DNA from: Chiloscyllium plagiosum
Taxonomy: Eukaryota
Length of the DNA: 64,000 bases
Assembly (NCBI RefSeq): GCF_004010195.1
Contig: NC_057749.1
Span: forward strand, 17,131,750-17,195,749
Reading direction: 5' to 3'
Part shown: positions 36,401 through 49,212 of the stretch, piece by piece
Layout of the letters: each line of letters opens with the position of its first letter
Numbering within the stretch: the first letter of the stretch is position 1
The notes under the pieces: generated by a model
Databases searched by the model: none
What the model was told of the DNA's origin: nothing
What the model saw: the letters and a program-made list of their open reading frames with translations, nothing else
Position numbers and translations under genes: made by a program

Positions 36401-38462
36401 TACTGTCTGAAAACTATCACAAAATATAGTTATGCTCAGTTAAGGCATAAATAATCTTCCACCTCGGTGCCATTTTCCTGCATTACATCTGTATGCTTTG
36501 ATCTTCAGTATCTCAAAATTTGATTTAGTTTATCGTATCAAACTTCAGTACTGCTGAAAAAAGACATTTTTGTCAAAGTTTCATCATTACTCAGGGCATT
36601 TCGCAACAAATGATGAAAGAAAGGGAAAAGATTATTTTTAGGGTAATAGAGAAAAGTACTGATTTGTTAGCATGTCGAAAAAGGCATGCCATTTGCTCAT
36701 GTAACTGTCTGTCAACCTGGTCAGGCATTGTTTAAATTTCTCCAGTTTATTTCTCAGGGCTAGGCTTTGACCAATCAGAGTCAGTCTGCCTTTATTCAAA
36801 TCCAGATAATCTAGAAATTTGTTCTTTATGTTCAAGACACCGATCAATGATTGAGTCTCCACGGTCCTCAGGGTGTTGTGAATTCCAAGAAATTCCACCT
36901 CATCTTAGTCTTAAATGACCTATCGCTTGTCTGAGACTCTTATTCCCTGGTTTGAGATTCAACAGTAGAACAAACACCTTGCCTGCATCTATGCTATTGA
37001 GACCTGTAAGGATGCTGAATGTTTGGTGCAAGCAAACTTCTCCATCAGGCAGTTACCGATACTCCATGTGGTACCTTGCTGGAAAATTAGTCTAAAATTC
37101 TTTGTGGTAATGTATGTCATCAGAGTGTAGCCCTTGGTTTTAATTTTATCTTTCTTGTTGCTTCACTGTAAAATCTCTGGTGCTGTAATATTTTCTATCT
37201 TGTTCAAAACACTTCATATTTGAGAGACCAATGTTTATCCCTTGAAATGAGTGATTTCAGTTTGGTTCGGAACTGTCCTTTTTGTTTTGAAAAGTTTCAC
37301 AAGGTTAGGATAGATGCAGTGAACACATTGGTAAAATTCACACAAATCAGCACAACAATAGTAAAATAATTACAAACCAGTCGCAATTAAGAAAGTCACC
37401 CTGTGGTAATGTGAGAGAAGATATACATTTAGTGGTTCTGTTGCTGCTCAAATAGTTGGATGCAAGTCACAAATATTTTTCATTTCATGAGAGTTCAAAA
37501 TCAGGTAATTAAAAAGGCATTTCACAGAATACCTTTGCATTGCAGTGGATGTCTTGTTATTAGAATGTAAGAAATAGGACCGGGTGGTAGGCCATTTAGC
37601 CCTTCAAGTCTGTCTTGTCAATTCACTAAGTTCATTTCTGATGTACCCCAGGCCTCAATTTCTCCTCCATGCCTAAGGAACTCTCAACTCAGCAATATTT
37701 AAATCATTGATCCACCTCCTTTTTAAATAATATGTATCAACCTCTACAACTCTGCAGTAAATAATTTCAGGCATGCACCACCCTCTTGAGAGGTGAAATT
37801 CCTTCCAGTTTTAAATGAGAGTTCAGTATTCTGTAATTATGTCCCTCATTTGAGATTTCCCACTAGTGGAATTGTCTTCTCAGCATCGACTCTGTCAAAC
37901 ACCCTCAGAATCTTCTATGTTTCAATAGGATTGTCCCTCATTCTTCTCAACTCTAATGATTAAAGGCCTAACCTGTTTAGATTATTTTTAACAAGTCAAC
38001 CCTTCATCACAGGAATCAACCGAGTGAATCTCTTTTGAGCTGTCCCCAATGCCACTATATCCTTTCATAAATGGGGCCTCACCAATGTCCTGTGCAGTTA
38101 TACAGTAGTAAGTTTCCTTATTTGTAAGCCTTCAAACACCCAGCAATAAAGGCCAGAGTTCCATTTGCCATCTTAACTATTTGAACCTATATTTCATGCA
38201 TAAGAACACCCAAGATCCCTCTGTATTGCCCCTTTTTTTTTTGGAGTCTCACTCTATTTAAATAATTATAGCTTGCCTTTTGAATATTTCTGCCAAGTGC
38301 ATAACTCTCACTTTCCCACATGAACTTCCATCTACCAAGTTTTTGCCCACTCGATTTACTTATGTATATTCCCTTGCAGATTCCTTTTGTCCTTGTTGTA
38401 TCATGTCTACCCCCCGCACTCCACCACCCCCCCCCAAACCACCACCACTACTACCCCACCAC

Positions 38463-38944
38463 TGTTAGCTTCTTTTCCCGAGGTTTCACACATGAGATGC
38501 AATTCGCACAAACCAACTTCTGCAAACAGTTAAAGTTTATTAAAGCTTGGACAAACTAGCTGTGACCCCCTTTGACCCCCCTCGCAGGTGTGCGAGGTCA
38601 AGTCAAAGTGAGGCATTGAACAAAGAAAACACATCCTCTTTATACAGGTGAGTTGGGAATGATTACCAAATGATTTCCTGACTCACTGATTTCCCCAAGA
38701 TAATGCCGGTGTGACATACCTAGCTTCAGGGGATGGCTAGAAAGCATTTCTGAATGGAAGAGATTGAGTGATAGTTTAATTTGATAATAGTAGGAGAAGT
38801 AGTAGCAAATGAAGGGGGGGGGGGTCATTCGCACTCTTGAATTAATGTTGTCCTCACCCACTTCCAGAATGTTCAATCAGTGTAGTTTAACCATTTAATA
38901 TTACATTAATGTCCAGAGAGATATTTCCATTTAATCTTTTAACA
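38463..38944 (-). mobile_element. Solo-LTR-like insertion
   Basis: TGTTA...TAACA termini; minus-strand AATAAA near 38536; interrupts CR1 sequence. No clear TSD. Confidence 0.5.
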
Positions 38945-39639
38945 TTGCACCACCTCTTTTTGTATCATCAGCAAATTTGGATGCCTTATTATTTTGCCCC
39001 TTCCTCCAAGTCATGAATGTGGAATGCAAATACTTAACATCCAAGGATTGCTCCTTGTGGCACTTCTCTAGTTATGTCTTTCCAACCTGAATGTCAGTTC
39101 CAACACCTGCAGTATTGTTGGCTTATAGCACGTTCAATAATCTTGCATGTGGCACTTCATCAAATGTCTACTGGAAATCTAAATACACTTCATCTTCTGA
39201 TTCCCCTTTATCAACTCTGCTTGTTATATAATTAAAGAGCTGTAGAAAGTTTGTCAAACATGCTGTCCCTTTCTCAATACCAAGTTGACTTTGTGTAAAA
39301 CTTTTTTGTGTAAAATATTTCTAAATATCCTGCTATTTCTTGGTAATGGACTCCAGCATTTTCTGTCAACGACTAATTCTGACATATTTCCATTAAATGT
39401 TGTTACGCTAGCTGTCCTATTATGTTCCTCCTTTCTTGAAAAGAGCTATGATTGCTGCTTATCTAAATTAAGGACATAACTACAAATCTGTTAGCTCATT
39501 AGCCACCCCTCTTAAGGCCATGAGATGAATACTGTCTGGACCACCATCCATCCATTAAACCCCCCCCCCCCCCGGCTTGTACTTACCATCGGCTTGCTTT
39601 GTACTGCTTCCTTGGAGTCGTAAAACCACACATGGAAAC

Positions 39640-39895
39640 ACGGTCCAACAGTATTGACCAGATATCCTAAACTGATCTAGTCCCATTTTCCAGCATTTGG
39701 CCAGTATCCCTCTAAATCCTTGCTATTCATGTACCTATCCAGATGCTTTTTAAATGTAATTGTACCAGTCTTCACCATCTTTTGTACCAACCCATTTCCA
39801 TACAGTGCTACCCTGTGCGTGGAAAAGTTGCCCCTCGGCTCCCTTTTAAATCTTTTCCCTCTCACCTTAAACATATGCCCTCTAAATTTGGACTT
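39640..39895 (-). mobile_element. Short CR1 3' end
   Basis: RGHMFKVRGKRFKREPRGNF...FKKHLDRYM. Confidence 0.8.
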
Positions 39896-41734
39896 CCCCA
39901 TCTCCTTCATGATTGTAATTTTACTAAACTCTTCTTTCCCTTCCACCACCTGATTTATGACTATTACTGGAAAGTGTTTTATAATCTCTTCAGTGAAGAT
40001 AGGAGCAAAATGTTTTTGTTCACTTAATCCACCACTTCCCTTATCATCTATTAACTGCCTACTCCCAGGATCTCTTAGACGATCAGTACTATGTTTACTG
40101 ACTGCTCATTTAAATTCCTGCTATTTAAAAATTTTTGCTATCTGTGTTTGCATTTCTCTTTGCCTTCCCCTCATACTCTAATCTATTCCGACTGATTCTA
40201 GAACTGCAGAAAATGTCTAAAATTTTATTCTGACCTGTCACTTGCCTGTGGACATTTATATGCGTTTGCCTTAAGTTCCCTGCTTTCCTTACTTTCCTTA
40301 TCTAACCGTGGGTGGTAGGTCCTCCCTTAAGAATTCTCCTTAATGGTAGGAATATGCTTATTCTGAATATACTGAAATTTTCAGTTAAATGTCCATATTT
40401 CTAATGATCTATCCCTTAGCCAGCCTGCCATCTTATTTCTGAACACTTGTCCTTATTTAGTTTTAGAATGCTAGTCTCAAACACAATTTTCTCCCTTTCA
40501 AACTTCATGTAAAATTCAACCATATTGTGATCACTACTATCTCGGGCTGTCCTTTGTTTGAGGTCATTAACTAATCTTGTCACATTACACAATGCCAAGT
40601 CTCATATAACCTGCTCTTTATTTGGTTACAGAACATAATGATCTAAGAAACTATCTTGAAAGCATTCCATGAACTCCTTGTCCAGTTTACTACTGTAAAT
40701 CTGAATTTTAAAGTTTCCATCCAGATTAAAATCACACAAGATTATTGCTGTCCCTTTATCACAAGCTTCCAGTATTTCTTCTTGTATACTTTGTCCCATA
40801 TTGTCGTTAGTTAGGGGTCTGTAAACAACTCCCACGAGTGACTTCTTTACTCCACTGTTCCCCATCTCTACCCAAACCAGGTTTACATCTTGACCTCCTG
40901 AGCCAATGTCATCTCTTATTGTTGCTCAAATGCCATCCATTATTAACTGCACTGATCTTCTACTTTTACCTCACCTTTTCTTCCTGAATGACATATGCTC
41001 TTCAATAATGAGCGAATCCTTGTCATTCTGCTGTCACTTCTCAGAAATGGCTAAATTAAAGAAAGAATGTTGGAGATCTGAAACAAATCAGAACTTGTTG
41101 ATGAAACTCAGCAGGACTGGCAGCATCTGTGGGACAAAGCAGAGTTAATATTTTGAGTCTGGTGATCCTGAGTCACAGATGCTGACAGACCTATTGAGTT
41201 TTGCCAGGAAATTGTTTTGTCTCTAAAATGGCTATTAAATTATGTTTATTTAATTCATTGTACGCTATCAATTTGTTGACTTTGTCATGAATGCTTTGCA
41301 CTTTCAGAAATAGAGCTTTTAGTTTTGTCATTTTTGTTATCTTTGTAACACCTGGTCTTGATTGGTGTATCCAATTTTTTTTTTCTGTCCCTTCCTGCCA
41401 TTTTCTGACCCATGTTCCCATTTTTCTCTTATTTCATCTCTACTTTTTGATATACCACATCTTCCCATGTGATAACTTGCCCCCAGTATTTAGTTTAAAA
41501 CCTTCTCTACTTTCCTGATTCTGCAGTTGACAAGACCACTGGCCCCAGCACAGTTGAGGTGTAGACCATCCCAACAGTGTAATGCCCATTTTCCCCAGTG
41601 TTGGTGCCAACACCAATCTTTGAGCCATGTAATAATCTGTAACCTATTTCAATTTTCATGTAGCTCAGCTAAAAATTCAGAGATTAAAACTTCTGAAGTT
41701 TCATTTTTAATTTCATGCTTAGCTTGATATACAT

Positions 41735-41935
41735 GCTGAAAATGTGTTGCTGGAAAAGCGCAGCAGGTCAAGCAGCATCCAAGGAGCAGGAAATCGACGT
41801 TTCGGGCATGAGCCCTTCTTCAGGCCCGAAAGGTCGATTCTCCTGCTCCTTGGATGCTGCCTGACCTGCTGCGCTTTTCCAGCAACACATTTTCAGCTCT
41901 GACCTCCAGCATCTGCAGTCCTCACTTTCCCCTCC
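41735..41935. mobile_element. PLE-derived hairpin element (family 1) with a hammerhead core on the minus strand (41791-41824)
   Basis: Direct repeat TAGCTTGATATACAT(GCTGA) at 41720 and 41936, with a third copy at 41955. Motif CUGAAGA-A-GGGC(UCAU)GCCC-GAAA-CGUC. Confidence 0.85.
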
Positions 41936-42249
41936 TAGCTTGATATACATGCTGAGCTTGATATACATGCTGTGCAGAATGTCTTTCCTGGTTTTGCCCA
42001 TTTTATTGTTACCTATGTGGACAATGACTGTTGGAGCCTCCTCTTTTCACTGCAAGTTCCTTTCCAGCCCCTGGCAGATGTTCTGAACCCTGACACCAGG
42101 CATGTCTGTCTGGATTCTTGCTCTTTGCTGCAGTGAACAGCATTGATCTCCCTCATTGTGCTATCCCTACTACTACTACTACTACTACTAGATTCCTTGT
42201 TGCTGTCAGAAATTTGAAGTAATTATTATTTTGCTTAATATGAGCATTT

Positions 42250-42473
42250 AAAAAAAATTACTTGAGAAATGGGCGTCACTGGTTGGTGAGCATTTATTAG
42301 CTGTCCTTGAACTGAGTGGCTTGCTATGTCATTTCAACAGGCACTTGAGAGCCAACTACATTGCTATAGATCTGGATTACATGTCGGCTAGCCCAGGTGT
42401 GGATGGCGATTTCCTTTCCTGGAAGATATTAGTGAGACAGATGGAGTTTTCTGATGATCAGCAATGGCTTCAT
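42250..42473 (-). mobile_element. 3' half of a tRNA SINE (5' half at ~44600-44724)
   Basis: The two halves together align to the reverse complement of 34838-35393. Confidence 0.65.
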
Positions 42474-43975
42474 GAATATCCAATCCCTCTACACCTCCAT
42501 CCGCCATGACCAGGGCCTCCAAGCCCTCTGTTTCTTCCTCTCCCGACATCCCCAACAGTACCCTTCCACCGACACACTCATTCGTTTGGCCGAACTGGTC
42601 CTCACCTTTAACAATTTCTCCTTTGAATCCTCCCACTTCTTCCAGACCAAAGGGGTATGGGCCCCAGCTATGCCTGTCTCTTTGTTGGCTACGTAGAACA
42701 GTCGATCTTCTGTAATTATACTGGCACCACTCCCCACCTCTTCCTCCGCTACATTGATGACTGGATTGGCACCACCTCGTGCTCCCACAAGGAGGTTGAA
42801 CAATTCATCAACTTCACCAACACATTCCACCCTGACCTTAAATTTACCTGGACCATCTCTGACACCTCCCTCTCCTTCCTGGACACCTCCATCTCCATTG
42901 ATGACACCGATTTGACACCGACATCTTTTACACCCCCACCGACTCCCACAGCTACCTGGATTACACCTCTTCCCACCCCACCTCCTGCAAAAATGCTATC
43001 CTGTATTCCCAATTCCTCCGCCTCCGCCGTATCTGCTCCCAGGAGGACCAATTCCATCACAGAACACACCAGATGGCCTACTTCTTTAGAGACTGCAATT
43101 TCCCTTCCCACGTGGTTAAAGATGCCCTCCAACGCATCTCGTCCACATCCCGCATCTCTGACCTCACCCCTCCAACCGTAACAAGGACAGAACGCCCTGG
43201 TGCTCACCTTCCACCCTACCAACCTTCGCATAAACCGAATCATCCGCCAATATTTCCGCCACCTCCAAACAGACCCTACCACCAGGGATATATTTCCCTC
43301 CCCACCCCTTTCCGCCTTCCGCAAAGACCGTTCCCTCCGTGACTACCTGGTCAGGTCCACGCCCCCCCTATAACCCACCCTCCCATCCTGGCACATTCCC
43401 CTGATACCGCAGGAATTGCAAAACTTGCACCCACACCTCCTCCCTCACCTCTATCCAAGGCCCTAAAGGAGCCTTCCACATCCATCAAAGTTTTACCTGC
43501 ACATCCACTAATATCATTTATTGTATCTGTTGCTCCCGATGCGGTCTCCTCGACATTGGGGAGACTGGACGCCTCCTAACAGAGCGCTTTAGGGAACATC
43601 TCCGGGACACCCGCACCAATCAACTACACCGCCCCGTGGCCCAACATTTCAACTCCCCCTCCCACTCTTCCGAGGACATGTAGGTCCTGGGCCTCCTTCA
43701 CCACTGCTCCCTCACCACCAGACGCCTGGAGGAAGGACGTCTCATCTTCCGCCTTGGAGCACTTCAACCCCAGGCATCAATGTGAACTTCAACAGTTTAC
43801 TCATTTCCCCTCCCTCACCCCAGTTCCAAACTTCCAGCTCAGCCTCAGCACTGTCCCCATGACTTGTCCTACCTGGTATTCATGATGAAGGGCTTTTGCC
43901 TGAAATGTCGATTTTACTGCTCCTCTGATGCTGCCTGAACTGTTGTACGTTTCCAGCACCACTCTAATCTAGAAT
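42471..43975 (+). mobile_element. PLE (family 1), 5'-truncated: RT, GIY-YIG endonuclease and hammerhead-type tail
   Basis: MNIQSLYTSI, LAELVLTFNNFSF, MGPSYACLFVG, RYIDD, LSFLD; IIYCICCSRCGLLDIGETGRLLTERFREH...VAQHFN; tail atgatgaagggcttttgcctgaaatgtc. Confidence 0.92.
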
Positions 43976-43977
43976 AG

Positions 43978-44580
43978 AAATGTCGCGTGTTCTTTAATGT
44001 GAAACGTATAATGAAATGTTTTATAAGTCACATCATGGCAACTATATTATTGAGACATCGTTCAATATAAAAAGGTAAAAATAAGACAAGGTTCATCACA
44101 GTTCAGTTGTGTCTCCTGGCATAGGGAGAGCTGATTAACGAATGATGGAATACCCTGAAGATAAGGGACAGAACTGCCATGTTGGGCTGTTGGAAGCCAC
44201 CTTGACATTGGGCTGGGAGAAGCCTCCTGTTCCCCATCCAACACTCCTCCAGGCACTGCAGCATCTTCACCGATGGTTTCACTCCTTCAGATGACTGAGC
44301 CTAGTTGTGGACCTGGAGTCCAGGCTGGGACAAGTCAGCCCAGGACCTGCTCCTTGTTCAGTGGGAGACCCTGGGCTGGGTGGAACCATGTCCAGATCAT
44401 CCTTGCGTTGTTGCAATTGCCGCTGTTGGAGGCTGTCTCCTTTACCGGCCACTTTCCAGACTTTAAAGAAGAGAAAAACTAAGAAAAAAAAGTAAAGAGA
44501 AGCAAAAAAAAGAGAAAGAAAGCCGATGGAGGATGACAATTCTTGGACTCAACACCCTTACTGCGCTGCCATTTTGGAAT
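43978..44580 (-). mobile_element. Non-coding insertion, possibly a non-autonomous LINE derivative
   Basis: Minus strand starts ttccaaaatggcagcg and ends in a tail loosely like the Rex1 3' end at 52811-52870; lies inside the split SINE. Confidence 0.4.
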
Positions 44581-45619
44581 ACAGCATGCTTATCAATAGA
44601 TCCCTCATTCTAGATCTTTTTTCACATTGAATTCATATTCTACCATCTGCTGTGGCAGGATTTAAACACAGGTGCTGAGTTTTTGGATTAATAGTCCAGT
44701 GATAATACTGCCCGGCCATCGCCTTTGCTATTTGGCATTAATATGTTTTCATAATAATGTGTTAAATTATTTTATTGATCTTTTTAATGTACATCTACAC
44801 CAATGTTTTTGGATTCATTGAATTGGAGATGTTGCACATTATGACACTGTCAGAAAGCAAGTTAACACTTGAACCCTCTGGGAATGCAGATTGTTAATCA
44901 TGATCTTTGTGCTTTGGGGTTAAGTCTACATCTCCAATAGTATCAAAGACCTGAATTTTCATGGCTCTTGAAAATACAGGTCATTGACCCTTTAATAAAT
45001 CTGATAAGTACTTGCAGTATTCAGCTTTTAAAAATGACAATGGGCAATGTGCCACTTGTATAATGCAGTGACTTAATTAAGTATCAGACTTGTGTACGAA
45101 GCAGCAAGGCTAATAGCAGTCTTTTGAAATATCTAACATGACTTATGGTATTGTTGTGTTATGAATCATTTGAATTTTTGAGATGCTGTGGCAAAAATGC
45201 TTCTACATGCGTGTGGAAGTCACAGTGGAATCTCCAACTGTTTATTTCATTACATGAATTTCCTCCACTCCTATTGCCTGTCACTGGATGTGTTGAAATA
45301 ATTTGTGGGTTACTAAGCAACCATTTTGGTTGCAATTTGGAGACACCTTCTTTGACCACCAAGTCTTGAACTCAAAAATTTTGACTCTGAGATAGGGACG
45401 CTATTGAGTATGACATATGACTTCCCTAATACTTAAGTAGACCCTTGCAAAATGTAACAGTATCATGTATAGTCACGTTGTTTGGAAATTTGCATTTAAA
45501 CATGAATGAAGATATTTGTTTTATTTGTAGCCTGTGGTTACAGAGTATTAGGCTGTGGCGATGTAATATTCCATGCTAAATACAACTGAAAATTTAATCT
45601 GCTATTGATTTTGTTTCAG

Positions 45620-45683
45620 GTGTGATGTCATGAATCCTACTGTATGGATGTGCTATCAGTGCTGATGGCACAGTTGATCCAAT
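45620..45683 (+). other. MYO9A: 5' UTR part of the MYO9A first coding exon, with splice acceptor
   Basis: Pyrimidine tract and acceptor ttgattttgtttcAG|G at 45619/45620, 64 nt upstream of the ATG; fits a non-coding exon 1 lying elsewhere. Confidence 0.8.
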
Positions 45684-46526
45684 ATGAATGTGCATGACAT
45701 TGGAGGAAGACGACGCTATGAAGACAATGAGTTTACATTACAAGTTTACCCAGGGAATATAGCAGAAGACACCATTTATTGCCCTGTTACTGCAAGGAAA
45801 AACACTAGTGCTGCAGAAGTTATAGAAACCCTTATTTATAAATTGCAGCTTGAAAAGACGAAATGCTACGTCCTGGCAGAAGTAAAAGAATTTGGTGGGG
45901 AGGAGTGGATACTCAATCCATCAGACTGTCCTGTGCAGCGCATGATGCTTTGGCCACGCAGTGCCCTAGAAAATCGATTCAGCAGCGAGGACTATCGCTT
46001 CTTACTTAGAGAAAAAAATCTTGATGGCTCAATTCATTATAATAATCTACAGTCATGGCTGAGAGTGACGGAGGAGCGAAGGAGGATGATGGAGCGGGGA
46101 TTTTTGCCCCAACCCCCGCAGAAGGATTATAATGATTTGTGCAATCTACCGGACTTGAATGAAAAAGCACTCCTGGACAACCTGCGCAACAGGTTTAAAC
46201 AAGAAAAAATCTACACGTATGTGGGAACGATTTTAATTGCCATAAACCCTTTCAAATTTCTTCCTATTTACAATCCCAAATATGTAAAAATGTATGATAA
46301 TCACCAACTGGGAAAGCTGGAGCCCCATATATATGCAGTTGCTGATGTGGCATATCATGCCATGCTGCAACGCAAAAAGAACCAATGTATAGTTATTTCA
46401 GGTGAAAGTGGTTCAGGGAAGACACAAAGTACAAATTTCCTGATCCATCATCTTACAGCTCTGAGCCAGAAGGGTTTTGCCAGTGGAGTGGAACAAATTA
46501 TTCTTGGAGCGGGTCCTGTACTGGAG
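45684..46526 (+). CDS. MYO9A: Unconventional myosin IXa, first coding exon (281 codons: Ras-association domain plus N-terminal part of the myosin motor domain)
   Basis: Intact [27 protein letters not shown]...[24 protein letters not shown]...[16 protein letters not shown]...[15 protein letters not shown]...[19 protein letters not shown]...GAGPVLE. Closely matches the vertebrate MYO9A N-terminus as I recall it (GGRRR.EDNE start and [23 protein letters not shown] favour 9A over 9B). Ends at a phase-0 donor GAG|GTAAGA (46526/46527). Confidence 0.96.
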
Positions 46527-46635
46527 GTAAGATGCTGCTATAGATATTTCTCTTTTTACAGAAGGAAGACTACAGATGTAGTCAAATGCTGTTTTTATTA
46601 TAATAAATCAGTGCTGTATAAAGAGCAAGTCTTGT

Positions 46636-46790
46636 GATATAAACCAAAATTGCTGGAAAAACATTTCTGAGGATTCCTTAGATCTAAAACATTAACTTTG
46701 CTTTCTCTCCACAGATCTAGCCAGATCTGTTGAGTTTATTCAACAATTTTTAATTTTTGTTTCTGATTTCCAGCATCTGCAGTTCTTCAG
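46636..46790. mobile_element. Decayed PLE-derived hairpin element
   Basis: Imperfect arms and a tctgatttccagcatctgcag tail; similar relics near 14440-14545, 27145-27285, 41055-41225 and 50545-50675. Confidence 0.55.
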
Positions 46791-46805
46791 TAATATGTTG
46801 GTTGT

Positions 46806-47240
46806 GTTATGGATCAGACCAAACCCCCTTAAAATGTATTAAGAAGATAGCCTAGACCCTAATTGCTTCTTATTTTAAAGGTATGTTAAGACATTGTGCT
46901 CCAGATGCAATTTGATTGGTCAAACTACTCTTTCAGCAAAGCACACTTCATTTTTACAGTTAAAATACAGGTAAAATAAAAGAATTGGATTAACTGTAAC
47001 TATCAAAATGCTTAACAAAATAATATATATTAACTGCTACTAATTAACTGTTCCAATATAGTAACATCCCATACACACACCCTTGGCAAAGGCAAAATCA
47101 GTAAAATAGATTGTCCCATAAACAATTCTAACAACAAGATGGCAGCCCCAGCTTGTTAGCTCTAACAGAGATGAATAAGAGGTTCCACATCCAGCTTCAA
47201 GACCCCATCAACTGCTGAAAGCGAAAATTAAAACTAATAT
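46806..47240 (-). mobile_element. 3' part of the LTR-like repeat seen at 19050-19938, inverted
   Basis: Reverse complement ends ttaagggggtttggtctgatccataaca, matching 19910-19938; also shares tttgcctttgccaagggtgtgt. Confidence 0.6.
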
Positions 47241-48157
47241 CACCTATAGTGTTTTCCAATTTTTGCTTATAATGACAGCCAACTCTAAGCTCTCCTGTTG
47301 TAAATACCAATCATTTTATCTCCTAGATCCCTCAATCCCTTCTGCTTCAAAAATGAATTAAATGACATTTTGACATCTTATGCTGGTAAAATTGCTGGTT
47401 GCAAGCATCTAACTAACTGCTTGAAACCCATACCATTAAACCATGCTGCCTGACTTTAAGTCCATTTTGGTTCTGTTCAGACAATGTAAATCAGGTTATG
47501 AAATAAAATCTTGCAAATTCCAGGAGATGATTGGATTAATTTGGATGATTGTGAGCTTTATAGTAACAAAAGATATATTAAAGGCCCGAAGATTAAAAAA
47601 ATGCTGAAAAGTAATCAAATTGTGGTTAGATAATAAACTTGTAATTTCAAGGAGGAAAGAAATTGCAGTTGAAATCCTTGGAAGGAATGAGTTAAAGTTC
47701 ATTGTGTTGATTTAACCTTGAGGGTTGTGAAAATACAAGACAGTCACTTTCAGAAGCTTGGCTGTTTTTCAGGAAATTTTGAGCATCCTCTTGTTCTCCT
47801 TCCATAAATCAGAAGTAAAAGGCCTGTGAATTTGTTTCTGCTTTTCTTAAACGAAGTATGATGTTGTTGACTTCTTTCAGCTTTAAATCAGTGTGATTGG
47901 CCCCTCAGTATATAAATATTCATTTTTGCAAAAGTGCATTTCTTTGATCAAACTGTGCGCATAAATTGTGTTAACCAAGTATATTACTTGCATCTGGATT
48001 GATCCCTAAGAGCACAATAAAATGTGCTGCAAAGTCAACAATGTTGGCATTGTTTAAGGTGGGGAGGGAGAGACCCAACAATATGGGAAGCATTCATCTT
48101 ATCATAGGAAAAGAACAGAAATAAAATTTCCCAGAAGGTGCCTCAAAAACACGCAGA

Positions 48158-49080
48158 TAGAGTCATAGAGATATACAGCACAGAAACAGACCCTTTGGTC
48201 CAACTCATCCATGCCGACCAGATATTCTTTAAAAAACCAAGTCCCATTTTCCAGCATTTGGGCCTGTATTCCCTTAAACCCTTACTATTAATATACCTAT
48301 CCAGATGCCTTTTAAATGTTGCAATTGTATCAGCCTCCAGCACTTCCTCTGGCAGCTCATTCCATGCACACATCCTCTGAGTGAAAAGGTTGCCCCTTAG
48401 GTCGCTTTTAAATCGTTCCCTTCTCATCTTAAACCTATGCCCTTCAGTTTTGGACTCCTCCATCGCAGGGAAACGACCTTGTCTATTTACCCTATCCATG
48501 CCCGTCATGATTTAATAAACCTGTTTAAGGTCACGCCTCCGCCTCCAGCACTCTAGAGAAAATAGCCTGTCTATTCAGCCTCTACGTATAGTTCAAAACC
48601 TCCAACACTGGCAACATCCTTATAAACCTTTTCTGAACCCTTTTCAAATTTCACAACATCTGTCCTATAGCAGGGAGACCAGAATTAGAAGCAATGTTCC
48701 AAAAGTGGCCTAACTGATGTCGTGTACAGCAGCAACATGACCTCCCAACTCCGATACTCAGTGGACTGACCAATAAAGGCAAGTAAAGCAAAGCTGCCTT
48801 CACTACCTGCGACTCCATTTTCAAGGAACTATAAACCTGCACTCCAAGGTCTCTTTGTTCAGCAGCATTCCCCAGGACCTAACCATTAAGTATATAAATT
48901 CTGCCCTGTTTTGCCTTTCCAAGATGCAGCACCTCACATTTAACTAAATTAAACTCCATCTGGTCCATTGTCCATTGGTCCATCTGATCAAGATCACGTT
49001 ATACTCCAACATAATCTTCTTTGCTGTCCGCTACACCTCCAATTTTGGTGTCATGTGCAAACTTACTAACCATACCTCCT
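48158..49080 (-). mobile_element. CR1 LINE 3' fragment
   Basis: RGNLFTQR...WNELPEEV; KFAHDTKIGG motif near 49040-49065. Confidence 0.9.
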
Positions 49081-49212
49081 ATGATTAACGAACTGCTTAT
49101 TTTAAGTATCTATGGGTGCAGAACCCAAAATTTTAGAAAATCGCTACCTGCATCCTGTCTTATGAAAAATATCTTGGCCTTGTACTTTAAACACAATCAT
49201 AGCTGGAGCAGG

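Larger units (their letters stand above)
37560..42170 (-). mobile_element. Long old CR1 LINE (endonuclease, RT, 3' end) with nested insertions
   Basis: KALFLKVQSI, LIAILET, VGVVYRP, CDFNL, SSDHNMVEF; RT and 3' remnants at 37560-39550. Confidence 0.72.

Noticed and set aside
36555..36830. Possible further hammerhead-bearing repeat remnant
   Set aside because: Too degenerate; no intact core.
46527..46637. C-terminal 36 aa of the 317-aa ORF (VRCCYRYF...)
   Set aside because: Read-through past the GTAAGA donor into the intron; myosin similarity stops at GPVLE.
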